DNA of 64,000 nucleotides from an uncultured Candidatus Saccharibacteria bacterium (GTDB lineage Bacteria; Patescibacteriota; Saccharimonadia; Saccharimonadales; Saccharimonadaceae): NCBI GenBank assembly GCA_963548065.1, contig CAUUSZ010000001.1, positions 22,594 to 86,593 of the forward strand, read 5' to 3'. Shown piece by piece: positions 55,137 to 64,000 of this stretch (position 1 is its first letter; each line of letters starts with the position of its first letter). The notes under the pieces were generated by a model. It saw only the letters and a program-made list of their open reading frames with translations, ran no database searches and was not told where the DNA came from. The position numbers and the translations under genes were made by a program.

Positions 55137-55278
55137 TATTGGCCCACTATAGCAAATAATTGCCTACGATGCTATGACCTGGTTTATTTTGGCGCTTTCT
55201 CATATACGAATCCCATTTGTATGCCATTTGATCGAAATTATTCTGGCGAGCATGACCAGTATACGGTATACTATAACC

Positions 55279-55740
55279 ATGAAAGTCACCAGCCCCGCCT
55301 TCAAAAACAACGCCAAAATACCAAAGATCTATTCGCGCTTCGGCGGCAACCAGCGACCACCTCTCGCCATCAGCGACATCCCTGATGGTACGCAGAGCCT
55401 CGCTGTGGTGTGCTACAGCCCCGACGCACCCTTCATTGGCGGCTTCTACCATTGGATTGTTTGGAATCTCCCTCCCACTACCACAGAAATCGGCAGCGAC
55501 TACCTCCCCCACGGCGCCATCGAAGGCACCACCACCTGGGGTAAGCCTGGCTGGGGTGGCCCACACCCTACCTTCGGCACACACCGCTATCAATTCTTCG
55601 TCTATGCGCTCAACACTGTGCTCGACCTCCCCGCCAAAACACGCCCTAAAAAATTCTCCAAAGCAATCGCCCCACACATCATCGAGCGCACCATGCTGAC
55701 AGGAAACTTTGGCGCACTGGACATATTTGATTTGCGGTAA
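55279..55740 (+). CDS. YbhB/YbcL family PEBP (Raf kinase inhibitor-like) protein
   Basis: SPAFKNNAKIP..., DPDAP-like (YSPDAP), YHWIVWNLP and GPHP..GTHRYQFFVYAL are present. A TATACT lies 6 nt upstream of ATG 55279. Confidence 0.85.
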   Translation: MKVTSPAFKNNAKIPKIYSRFGGNQRPPLAISDIPDGTQSLAVVCYSPDAPFIGGFYHWIVWNLPPTTTEIGSDYLPHGAIEGTTTWGKPGWGGPHPTFGTHRYQFFVYALNTVLDLPAKTRPKKFSKAIAPHIIERTMLTGNFGALDIFDLR

Positions 55741-55772
55741 CAAGCGACTAATTAATCTTATAAAACAAACCA

Positions 55773-56054
55773 ATGTCTCTACTCGATAGTATCGCACTCC
55801 TATCTCTACTTATATCAATCGCCTCTGTCGTGGTTGCCGTAGTATCCTGGCACAAAAGTCGCGTCATCTACGAGATCGAGGAATTAGTTATCCGTAAAAT
55901 TAACGGCACACGCGATGACATGGATGGTCGAGGCCTGCCGGAGCTTAATCAGAAATTAAACACCGGTCACTATACAATCCTTGAAGTCCTCGAAAGAACT
56001 GACGGCGATTGGGCTATCCTCCTTGCTCGCATCAAGCGACCCACACGGGGATGA
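55773..56054 (+). CDS. Hypothetical protein with N-terminal TM helix
   Basis: This 93 aa protein begins SLLDSIALLSLLISIASVVVAVVSW. Confidence 0.45.
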   Translation: MSLLDSIALLSLLISIASVVVAVVSWHKSRVIYEIEELVIRKINGTRDDMDGRGLPELNQKLNTGHYTILEVLERTDGDWAILLARIKRPTRG

Positions 56055-56123
56055 GATAACATAGCGGAGAAAACAAAAAACTAGGTATACCACGAACACA
56101 TGACGCAGTTAGCTCTAGATAGC

Positions 56124-58148
56124 TTACTTTGTCGGCTTATCGACGTCTTCCGCAAACTGGCTCTGGTACAATTCCGCATAAAAGCCATTCTGGGCAAGTA
56201 GCTCATCATGCGTGCCCTGCTCGATAACATTACCATCCTTCATCACAAGAATGAGATCGGCATCACGAATCGTGCTCAGGCGATGAGCAATAACAAAGCT
56301 TGTCTTGTGCTGCATCAGCCTATCCATCGCCTGCTGAATCAGCACCTCAGTGCGGGTATCGACCGAGCTGGTTGCTTCGTCCAAGATGAGCATCGGTGTC
56401 TTGGCAAGCATAGCGCGGGCAATCGTTAGCAGTTGCTTTTCCCCTTGTGACATATTAGTCGCCGCCTCGTCGAGCACCATGTCGTAGCCACCAGGCAGCG
56501 ACCGGACAAAATGGTCAACATGCGCATCACGCGCCACCGCCAGTAGCTCAGCTTCGCTTGCCTCTGGGTTGCCATAGCGCAGGTTGTCGCGGATCGTCCC
56601 ATGGAAGAGCCACGTATCTTGCAACACCATACCAAAGAGCTGCCGGACACTGCTGCGCGTCATCTGGGCAATGTCTACACCATCGATGAGGATCTGACCA
56701 CTGTCAATATCATAAAATCGCATCAAGAGATTGACCAGCGTCGTCTTGCCCGCACCGGTTGGCCCAACAATCGCCACTCGCTGGCCAGGGCGAATATGAG
56801 CCGAGAGGTACTTAATAACTGGCGTCTTTGTGTCGTAGCCAAAGACAACATCGCGAAACTCCACTTCGCCGTGCACCACTGGCAGCGTCGTAGCAGGCAC
56901 CGGATCGGGCGCTTCGGCCGGCTCTTTGAGAAATTCAAAAACCCGCTCAGCCGCAGCCGCCGTCGATTGCAGCACATTGGCAATATTCGCCGTTTGGGCA
57001 ATCGGCTGGTTAAATTGCTGCATATATTGGATGAAGGCCTGAATATCGCCAATCTTAATCCGCCCCTCAATTGCCAGCCAGCCACCGAGCACCGCCACAC
57101 CAACATAGCCAATATTCCCCACCACATTCATCACTGGATACATCAAACCAGAGAGGAACTGCGACTGCCACGCGCTCGAGAAAAGCCGCTGGTTAATCTG
57201 CCGAAAGGTCGCTAGCGACCGCTCCTGCCCGCGAAAAGCACGCATTACCTGGTGGCCAGCATACATCTCTTCAATATGGCCATTGAGCTCGCCTAGCTCA
57301 TCTTGCTGACGGATGAACTGCGTTTGTGAGCGCCTGGTAATCACAACAATCAACCCCATCGACAGCGGCACAACCAAGAGCGCCACCACAGTCAGCAGCC
57401 AACTAATCGACAGCATCATTGCCAAAATTCCGACCAGCATCACCACCGCACTCATCATTTGCGACAGGCTTTGGGTAAGCGTTTGGCTTACCGTATCAAC
57501 ATCGTTGGTAATGCGACTGAGGACTTCGCCATGCGTTTGCGTGTCGAAGTAGCGCAGCGGCAAGCGATTGATCGCCTTTGAGATATCGCGGCGCAGCTGG
57601 TACGTCAGCTTCTGGGTAATATTCGTCATCAGCCACGCCTGCCCATAGCGAAACAGTGCACTGATCACATAGAGCCCAATCAGCCAGAGGACAATCTGCA
57701 AGATCGCATCGTAATGGAAGGTGGGACGCGTACCAAGATCGAGCGTCTTGGCGGCTTCGCGAGCCGAGGCAGGTAGCGCCTGCGCCAGCTGCTTACCCTG
57801 GGGCGATGCCATAAATTGCTCACCCGTCATACCCGCGGGGATCGCTGCACCGGCAGGAAGCTTCTCATGGATAGCGTCGTAGGTACGCAGGCGCGTGTAG
57901 TCATCGACAATCTGGTTGGTCGCATTGCCGAGCAGTTTAGGGCTAGCAATCGCAAACAGCGTGCTGATCATCGTCAAACCAATCACCAGCATCAACTGCC
58001 AACGAAAGGCGCGCAGATACCGCAGCAGCGTGCGTACCGTCCCGCGAAAATCCTTGGCTCGCTCCGTGCCACCACCAGCGACTGGCCCACCCATTGGGCC
58101 GCGGCGCACTCCTGGTGAGCGCGACTTTGGGGATGATTGCTGGCTCAT
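56124..58148 (-). CDS. ABC transporter, fused permease/ATPase (exporter, MdlB-like)
   Basis: It has a 6-TM domain plus Walker A GPTGAGKTT, signature MSQGEKQLL and Walker B LILDEATS. Confidence 0.9.
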   Translation of the reverse strand: MSQQSSPKSRSPGVRRGPMGGPVAGGGTERAKDFRGTVRTLLRYLRAFRWQLMLVIGLTMISTLFAIASPKLLGNATNQIVDDYTRLRTYDAIHEKLPAGAAIPAGMTGEQFMASPQGKQLAQALPASAREAAKTLDLGTRPTFHYDAILQIVLWLIGLYVISALFRYGQAWLMTNITQKLTYQLRRDISKAINRLPLRYFDTQTHGEVLSRITNDVDTVSQTLTQSLSQMMSAVVMLVGILAMMLSISWLLTVVALLVVPLSMGLIVVITRRSQTQFIRQQDELGELNGHIEEMYAGHQVMRAFRGQERSLATFRQINQRLFSSAWQSQFLSGLMYPVMNVVGNIGYVGVAVLGGWLAIEGRIKIGDIQAFIQYMQQFNQPIAQTANIANVLQSTAAAAERVFEFLKEPAEAPDPVPATTLPVVHGEVEFRDVVFGYDTKTPVIKYLSAHIRPGQRVAIVGPTGAGKTTLVNLLMRFYDIDSGQILIDGVDIAQMTRSSVRQLFGMVLQDTWLFHGTIRDNLRYGNPEASEAELLAVARDAHVDHFVRSLPGGYDMVLDEAATNMSQGEKQLLTIARAMLAKTPMLILDEATSSVDTRTEVLIQQAMDRLMQHKTSFVIAHRLSTIRDADLILVMKDGNVIEQGTHDELLAQNGFYAELYQSQFAEDVDKPTK

Positions 58149-59926
58149 CGCACCCCTCCTTGCGCAGCGACACCGAGCGAAGCAGGCCGCTCGAGCGCAG
58201 CTAGCTCATGCTCGCTTAGCTGCGATGCGGCGATCTCTTGGTACACCGCACAGGTTTTCATGAGCTCCTGGTGCCGCCCTTGGCCAACGATCTTCCCTTC
58301 ATCTAGCACAATAATGTTATCTGCTTTGGCAATTGTATGAATCCGCTGCCCGACGATCAGCACCGTCTTGCCCGCCAGCTCCTGCGCGAGCCGCTGGCGC
58401 AGCGCGGCATCCGTCCGCGCATCAAGTGCCGAGAACGAATCGTCAAAGATATACACCTGGGGCTGCGCGGCCAATGCTCGAGCAATCGACAGCCGCTGGC
58501 GCTGCCCACCCGAGACATTCGTGCCACCTTGCGCTACTTCGCTCGCCATGCCATCATCGAGCTGAGCAATAAAGTCGCTCGCCTGGGCCACCTCTGCTGC
58601 ATGAGCAATCGCCGCCTCATCGGCCTCGGGCGCACCATAGGCAATATTGCTAGCAATATTCCCCCGAAACAGCACACCCTTTTGTGGGACATAGCCAATC
58701 TGGCCGGCTAGATCTGTAAGCCTAAGCTTGCGAATATCCACCCCATCAAGCAAAATCTGCCCGGCCGACACATCATAAAACCGCGGAATCAGATTGACTA
58801 ATGTCGACTTGCCCGAGCCCGTGCTACCAATAAACGCTGTCGTCTGGCCCGGCTCCGCCACAAAGCTAATATTACTGAGCACTGGCTCATTTGCCCCTGG
58901 ATAGGCAAAGGTAACATCACGAAATTCGATCCGCCCCATGCCACCCGGCGCCAGTGGCTGAGGCTCAGCCGGGTCAGTGATCGATGGCTTGGTATCGAGC
59001 ACCTCTGCCACCCGCCGCACCGACACAGCCGCGCGCGGTGCCATAATAAACACCATCGAGATCATCAAGAACGACATAATCACCTGCAGCGCATATTGCA
59101 AAAAAGCCATCATATTGCCAATCGCGAGGCGCCCATCACCAATTGCCAGCGCACCATACCACACCACCGCCACGCTCGCGAGATTCATCACCAGCATCAT
59201 CACTGGCTCCATCACCATCATCAAGCGATTGACTATGAGGTTGAGCTTAGTGAGCTCGTGGTTGACAGCATCAAATTTTGCTTCTTCGACTGCCTCGGTA
59301 TGAAAAGCGCGCACCACGCGCAGACCCGTCAAGTTTTCGCGGGCGACTAAGTTCAACTTGTCCACCATGCTCTGCAAGCGCTGAAAACGAGGCATCGCCG
59401 CAATAAACAAGCCAATAATGACCACCAAAAGCACGGCAACCGCCAGGGCAATAATCCAGCTCAGGCTTGGTGCATTGGCCAGCGCCTTGTGCAGGCCAGC
59501 CACAGCCATAATCGGTGCCATCAAGGCAATGCGCAGCAGCATAATTGCCGTCGATTGGATCTGCTGAATATCGTTGGTCGAGCGGGTTATAAGCGATGCT
59601 GTCGAAAAACGGTTAAAGTCCGCCACAGCATAATCCTCCACCCGGGCAAACACCTGGTCGCGCAGCTGTTGACTGAGGCCTGTCGCAATCCGCGTCGCAA
59701 AGAAGACCGAGACAATCGTCCCCACTGCACCCGCCAGCGTTACCACAATCATCTGCCAGCCATTATGCCATATAACGGCCATATCAGTGCCAACGATACC
59801 ATTATTAATAATCGCCGCCATAAAGTCTGGCAAACTGAGCGTTGCCATCACCGAGCCATACGTTGCAGCAACCAGCAGCCCGAGCTGCCACCAATAGCCC
59901 CAGAGTAGTCGCCAGATATACTTCAT
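58145..59926 (-). CDS. ABC transporter, fused permease/ATPase (exporter, MdlA-like)
   Basis: It has a 6-TM domain plus GSTGSGKST, VSGGQRQRL and YIFDDSFS. It overlaps the next gene by 4 nt. Confidence 0.9.
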   Translation of the reverse strand: MKYIWRLLWGYWWQLGLLVAATYGSVMATLSLPDFMAAIINNGIVGTDMAVIWHNGWQMIVVTLAGAVGTIVSVFFATRIATGLSQQLRDQVFARVEDYAVADFNRFSTASLITRSTNDIQQIQSTAIMLLRIALMAPIMAVAGLHKALANAPSLSWIIALAVAVLLVVIIGLFIAAMPRFQRLQSMVDKLNLVARENLTGLRVVRAFHTEAVEEAKFDAVNHELTKLNLIVNRLMMVMEPVMMLVMNLASVAVVWYGALAIGDGRLAIGNMMAFLQYALQVIMSFLMISMVFIMAPRAAVSVRRVAEVLDTKPSITDPAEPQPLAPGGMGRIEFRDVTFAYPGANEPVLSNISFVAEPGQTTAFIGSTGSGKSTLVNLIPRFYDVSAGQILLDGVDIRKLRLTDLAGQIGYVPQKGVLFRGNIASNIAYGAPEADEAAIAHAAEVAQASDFIAQLDDGMASEVAQGGTNVSGGQRQRLSIARALAAQPQVYIFDDSFSALDARTDAALRQRLAQELAGKTVLIVGQRIHTIAKADNIIVLDEGKIVGQGRHQELMKTCAVYQEIAASQLSEHELAALERPASLGVAAQGGVR

Positions 59927-60393
59927 GCTCGCTCCGCCTTATGCGGCTGGGCAATTTTATCAATAAGCTGGTTGAGCTGTGCCAGCTCGGCATCGCTCAG
60001 TACCGCAAAGAGATCAGCAATAGTCTCCGTCATATACTGCTGGAAGTGATCAGTTATCTGCTGGCTTTGCGCCGTCAATTGCAGGCGCACCACCCGTCGA
60101 TCGTGCTGATCTGGCGTGCGCTGGACGAGCTGTTTTGCCACCAGCACGTCAAGAATCTGCGTCGCCGCGCCCTTGGAGACGCACAGCTTTGCGGCCACAT
60201 CACCCATTGTCTCGATAGCTCCACGATGCAAGAGGTCCAGCACATACCAGTGGACAGGTGCCAAACCAAACTGCTGATCCGTCTGGCGCTGAGCGCGTGC
60301 CAGGCGCTGCTTGAGCTGAAATAAGTAGCTCGTGATGTTCTCAATACATACTTGGCGCTGCGGCTGTGCACCTGACTTTGCTTCTACCTTCAT
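59923..60393 (-). CDS. MarR family transcriptional regulator
   Basis: The wHTH is HWYVLDLLHRGAIETMGDVAAKLCVSKGAATQILDVLVAKQLVQRTPDQHDRRVVRLQLT. It is the first gene of the MarR-ABC-ABC operon. Confidence 0.85.
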   Translation of the reverse strand: MKVEAKSGAQPQRQVCIENITSYLFQLKQRLARAQRQTDQQFGLAPVHWYVLDLLHRGAIETMGDVAAKLCVSKGAATQILDVLVAKQLVQRTPDQHDRRVVRLQLTAQSQQITDHFQQYMTETIADLFAVLSDAELAQLNQLIDKIAQPHKAERA

Positions 60394-60428
60394 ACAATAA
60401 ATAGTTTACTGCCTAAACTATTTATTGT
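60394..60428. promoter_or_regulatory. Perfect 15-bp inverted repeat abutting the marR start codon
   Basis: ACAATAAATAGTTTA-ctgcc-TAAACTATTTATTGT occupies the entire 34 nt gap between the GH18 stop and the marR ATG. Confidence 0.5.
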
Positions 60429-61798
60429 CAATACCTTTTTATATGCCGACGACGCCAAGCATACACTGCCGCACCAAGCACGCCTAACATAACCAACGTC
60501 GCGCCACCGTAGTATAGCAGCGGCACATTATCACCAGTAGCTGCCAATGCTCCCTCGTGCTGCAATTGAGTTGGCTGCGGCTGCTGAGTGTGCGAGATGT
60601 GCATCACCTTCGGTGGCAGTATGGTGCTTTGCGGCTGGCTGAGCTGCGGCTGGGTCGACGATGGTGTCGTGTTACTGTGCAGTATTTGGTCAAGTTGCCG
60701 CAGCAACGCATCATTACTTTGCGGGTCGGAGAGATAACGCCACACAATGATCCCTTGCAGGTTGTGCTGCTGGACATACTCTGCCTTATACTTCATCGAC
60801 TCCGCATCGTCGTAGCTAATAAATTCACGCCGCGCAGCATTATAGAGATACGGCGCTTTGCTTGCGTCGTCCCAGTAACGAGTATAGCCATTCTTATTAA
60901 TATACTCTCGCTCGAGTCGGTCATACGTGGTGTGGTACTCGCCAGCCTTTTGAGCATCGCCAACGGGTTGGTGTAAGCCATGATTCACCTCAGGAACTGA
61001 AGTAAACCGCCGGCTATACCACCCCGCCCCGATCATCAATTTGTTTGTTGGCGCGCCATGAGCTTGGTAGTGCTGCACTGCCGAGTTGGCACTCTGGTCG
61101 AGCGGGTCACCTGGCGCGGTATAGAGCCCAGCATGGTGCCCAGCGTGCGACTTAAACGAGCCAAACCCCCGCATGTCATACGTCATAATTGCAATCTGGT
61201 CAAGGTACTGCTGGTACTCAGCAAACTTATTTTGCTCAGCATACCACTTGGCTGGTGCACCCGTCATCGAAATACTCGGCTGGCGTCCGCTGGTGGTCGT
61301 TGCCGCGCGCAGTTCGCGTAAGAGAGCAATTAGGTCAGTCTGCTGGCTCCCCTTTGGAAACTCCCAGTCGATATCCACTCCATCCAATTGATGAGCCTGC
61401 AACGCCTCCTTGACAGAGCTCACAAAGGCCTGCCGGGTGCTGGCTTGGCGCACCATCGCATCGAATTCACGCCGCGCAGCATCATTACCACCACCAATTG
61501 AGAGAATAAGGGAGATACGCGGATTAACCGCCCGAATCCGCTGCGCTGTAGCTGCTTGCTTGAGGTGCGGCAGTGTATCAAGTGTCACGCGCCCATCGGC
61601 CGCAATACGCCCAAAATGAACAATGAGCCGATCGATCATCTTTAGATGGTCGTCAGTCACCTTCGGGAGGTTCTCGTCACTAACATAGACCGAGATTGTC
61701 TTGCGCTCTACAGCCTGAGCTGGCACTGGAGCCATCAGCTGGCATCCGACTGCTATCATCATGACACTGAGCACACTTTTCACCATTGCCGTCCGCAT
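60428..61798 (-). CDS. Glycoside hydrolase family 18 (chitinase-like), cell-wall sorted (LAxTG)
   Basis: The signal peptide is ..MIAVGCQLMAPVPAQA. The catalytic motif is LDGVDIDWEFP (DxxDxDxE). The C-terminus has LAATG, a hydrophobic helix (PLLYYGGATLVMLGVLGAAVYAW) and RRRHIKRY, which is a sortase sorting signal. Confidence 0.85.
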   Translation of the reverse strand: MRTAMVKSVLSVMMIAVGCQLMAPVPAQAVERKTISVYVSDENLPKVTDDHLKMIDRLIVHFGRIAADGRVTLDTLPHLKQAATAQRIRAVNPRISLILSIGGGNDAARREFDAMVRQASTRQAFVSSVKEALQAHQLDGVDIDWEFPKGSQQTDLIALLRELRAATTTSGRQPSISMTGAPAKWYAEQNKFAEYQQYLDQIAIMTYDMRGFGSFKSHAGHHAGLYTAPGDPLDQSANSAVQHYQAHGAPTNKLMIGAGWYSRRFTSVPEVNHGLHQPVGDAQKAGEYHTTYDRLEREYINKNGYTRYWDDASKAPYLYNAARREFISYDDAESMKYKAEYVQQHNLQGIIVWRYLSDPQSNDALLRQLDQILHSNTTPSSTQPQLSQPQSTILPPKVMHISHTQQPQPTQLQHEGALAATGDNVPLLYYGGATLVMLGVLGAAVYAWRRRHIKRY

Positions 61799-61878
61799 AT
61801 CGCCTCCTTGCTTTTGCTAGCTGTCTCCTTCTAGTCTATATCGTTTGCCAGAATAGGTAAAGTGTGAGGTGGTATAGA

Positions 61879-63006
61879 TTACTCGTCATCAGTGATCGGC
61901 GCGCGATGAGTTGGCCAGTACCGATCAAGCACCACATAGGGCAGCTGCTTATACCGACGCCATAGCACAATCGTGACAAGCAGCGTCATTAATGACACAA
62001 ATGGCAGATGCACCATCGACAGCACCGCAATATAGAGCAGCCGCACCGCATAGAATACCACGCGGTGGAACCACCCCCGCGGCCGATCGTCCAGCGAAAT
62101 ACCCGTTAGCCAGCCACCGAGCGTCCTTCCCTGTGCCACCAGCGGAAGGATGGCATGCACGAGCGCAATAAAGCCATATGGAATGATTTGCGTCAGCATC
62201 TGCATCTGTTCAGTCCACTGCCGTGAGTGCAACACATTGAGAAGCGTGAGCGCTACCATCACAATTGTTGAGCAAATCGCCACTCCAGTCATATCAACGA
62301 CAAAGGCAACGATACGCCGCACAAGGCCTGGCTGGCGAATCATCGTTGCTCCACGCTCCGTATCGCGAAGATTTGGCAATAGCCAACCCAACCAAAAACC
62401 CAGCAGTGCCCCGCTCGTATTGAGCAGCAAGTCATCGACGTCAAACAGCCGATAGCTACACGGATATACGCCAAACACCCCCGTGAGCTGCGTCAGCTCA
62501 ATCACTGCCGATGTCATAAGGCCAATTGCCACCACCATCCACCAGCGCACCCGGTACATCGCCCGCAAAAACGCCCCCAGTGGCACAAAGAAAATAACAT
62601 TAAGCACCACCTGTAGCAACGCCCGCACACCCTCGTGGGGAATCTCGAGAATCGACGCCAGTGGTGTAAGCTGCGGCTGGATATGGTGACTCCCGCAAAA
62701 GCGCGCCGCATTATCTGGCATTGGGTAGAGCGTAAAGGCGGCCAATGCCAAGCCATAAAGCACCACCAAATACGTCATAACTACCCGGCCAAACGCTACC
62801 CGGCGAAAGCGAATATAGTGCACCAATAACAGCGGCAACGTCAACACAAGTGCAGCAAATGGCCACATCACAAGCGCCACCCGAAACGACGCGGTAAAAT
62901 TCCCTAAGAATGAGAGCATACTGAGCGCCAGTATGGCATAGACGCCAATGTCTGTCAATAACGGGGCTACTAGCTTACACCACCGCGCGGCGTAGGAGCT
63001 GTGCAT
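61879..63006 (-). CDS. VanZ-like / RDD-domain fusion membrane protein
   Basis: The N-terminal half has VLNVIFFVPLGAFLR..ELTQL (VanZ family). The C-terminal half has VRRIVAFVVDMTGVAI... plus TM helices (RDD-like). Confidence 0.65.
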   Translation of the reverse strand: MHSSYAARWCKLVAPLLTDIGVYAILALSMLSFLGNFTASFRVALVMWPFAALVLTLPLLLVHYIRFRRVAFGRVVMTYLVVLYGLALAAFTLYPMPDNAARFCGSHHIQPQLTPLASILEIPHEGVRALLQVVLNVIFFVPLGAFLRAMYRVRWWMVVAIGLMTSAVIELTQLTGVFGVYPCSYRLFDVDDLLLNTSGALLGFWLGWLLPNLRDTERGATMIRQPGLVRRIVAFVVDMTGVAICSTIVMVALTLLNVLHSRQWTEQMQMLTQIIPYGFIALVHAILPLVAQGRTLGGWLTGISLDDRPRGWFHRVVFYAVRLLYIAVLSMVHLPFVSLMTLLVTIVLWRRYKQLPYVVLDRYWPTHRAPITDDE

Positions 63007-64000
63007 TTAGCGCAACAATGATCGTCGAAAGCGACATTACCACCGCACCGATCGCGGGCGAAATAACCACCCCGACTGGCGCAAGCACCCCAGCTGCGAG
63101 TGGAAGCATCAGTACATTATAGCCCGCTCCCCAGCAGAGGTTCTGCACCATTTTGCGGTACGTCGCCTGGGCCAGCGTGATCAGCCGGACAACCGCCTGT
63201 GGATCATCACCAACCAGCATAATCCCAGCAGACGCTGCGGCAACATCAGTCCCCGTCCCAATCGCGACACCACTCTCAGCCTGGGCAAGCGCTGGTGCAT
63301 CATTCACGCCATCGCCGACAAAGCACACCCGCTTCCCCTGCTGCTGGTACGCCATGACAATCGCCGCCTTCTTAGCTGGTGTTACCTCAGCGTGAACCTC
63401 AGTGATACCAACGAGGCGAGCAATCGCGTCGGCTGGCCTCACACCATCCCCTGTTACCATGGCGACTGTTATACCGCGGCGTTGGAGCGCTGCGACTGCC
63501 GCTGCCGCACCAGGGCGCGGCGCATCACCAAGCTCAATCACACCACAGACGCGCCCAGCCTGGGCAACGTAGACCACTGTATGGTCCGTCGTTATCTCGT
63601 CTTGATCAACCTGATGCTGCTGCATAAAGGCCGCATTGCCAACTAACGTCGGCACGCCATCAACCACAGCCTGCACACCATAACCTGGCACCGTCTGGAG
63701 GTCACGCACAGCAGGTATCGCAACATGGCGATCGGCTGCCGCGCGACGAATCGCTGCTGCAATCGGGTGCTCTGCTTCATGCTCAGCCGCTGCTGCCAGT
63801 GCCAGAATAGCCGCGTCGTCTCCACCATGGACTGCAACCACTGCTAGGTGACCAGTCGTCAGTGTACCCGTTTTGTCAAATAACACCACATCAACCTGCC
63901 GCGCAGCCTCAAAGGCGCGGCGATCGCGCACCACAATACCGCGCTGGGCCGCAAGCCCAGTCGAGATCGATACAACCAGCGGCACTGCTAAGCCCAAAGC
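62975..64000 (-). CDS. Heavy-metal (Cu-type) P-type ATPase, C-terminal part (5' end outside window)
   Basis: DKTGTLT is the phosphorylation site, [10 protein letters not shown] is the hinge, and MVTGD is present. The ORF runs off the window edge. Confidence 0.9.
   Translation of the reverse strand, partial: ALGLAVPLVVSISTGLAAQRGIVVRDRRAFEAARQVDVVLFDKTGTLTTGHLAVVAVHGGDDAAILALAAAAEHEAEHPIAAAIRRAAADRHVAIPAVRDLQTVPGYGVQAVVDGVPTLVGNAAFMQQHQVDQDEITTDHTVVYVAQAGRVCGVIELGDAPRPGAAAAVAALQRRGITVAMVTGDGVRPADAIARLVGITEVHAEVTPAKKAAIVMAYQQQGKRVCFVGDGVNDAPALAQAESGVAIGTGTDVAAASAGIMLVGDDPQAVVRLITLAQATYRKMVQNLCWGAGYNVLMLPLAAGVLAPVGVVISPAIGAVVMSLSTIIVALNAQLLRRAVV

Overview
This 64 kb chromosomal segment is densely coding, with about 75 genes and two tRNA-Met(CAT) genes. 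No rRNA, CRISPR array, transposase or integrase was seen.

**Likely source (inference only).** The gene content suggests a small-genome, monoderm-type bacterium, plausibly a host-associated Saccharibacteria/Patescibacteria-like organism. The clues are many small hypothetical membrane or secreted proteins, a sortase-type LAxTG anchor, a PspC/PadR/ABC envelope module, an arginine deiminase operon and very frequent leaderless gene starts.

**Core genes.**
- Cell wall, translation and RNA modification: a MurC-like ligase, TrmB, TsaC/YrdC, AspS and TyrS.
- DNA repair: DinB and a MutY-like glycosylase.
- Membrane and transport: MscS, a VIT transporter, DsbA, a DUF21-CBS protein, two ABC systems (MacB-type with PadR and PspC; MdlAB-type with MarR) and a partial P-type ATPase.
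- Other enzymes: an IMPase and several NUDIX, MazG and HD nucleotide hydrolases.
- Arginine catabolism: the operon arcA-arcB-arcD-(DDAH-like)-arcC.

**Accessory regions that stand out.**
1. At 30.5-35.0 kb there is a duplicated module. Each copy has a conserved promoter and leader, a membrane-anchored about 250 aa protein, and a translationally coupled class-3 lipase. One lipase is an intact 862 aa lipase-RTX fusion. The other is reduced to a 72-codon stub while its partner gene stays intact.
2. At about 42.9-47.9 kb there is a visibly AT-rich island next to the arc operon.
   - It carries a 627 aa protein with a central Mrr/NERD-like PD-(D/E)xK motif.
   - That gene is preceded by two (plus one decayed) tandem cassettes of consensus promoter, about 75-80 nt non-coding RNA and terminator.
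   - A G6 tract sits on its stop codon, and the frame reached by a one-nucleotide slip stays open for 55 more codons.
   - The island also holds an ORF6N/KilA-N-type gene with an inverted decayed copy, and a truncated RhuM gene.
3. At 54.0 kb there is an orphan polymorphic-toxin-type nuclease domain gene.

All product calls rest on motifs read by eye from the supplied translations. No database search was possible.
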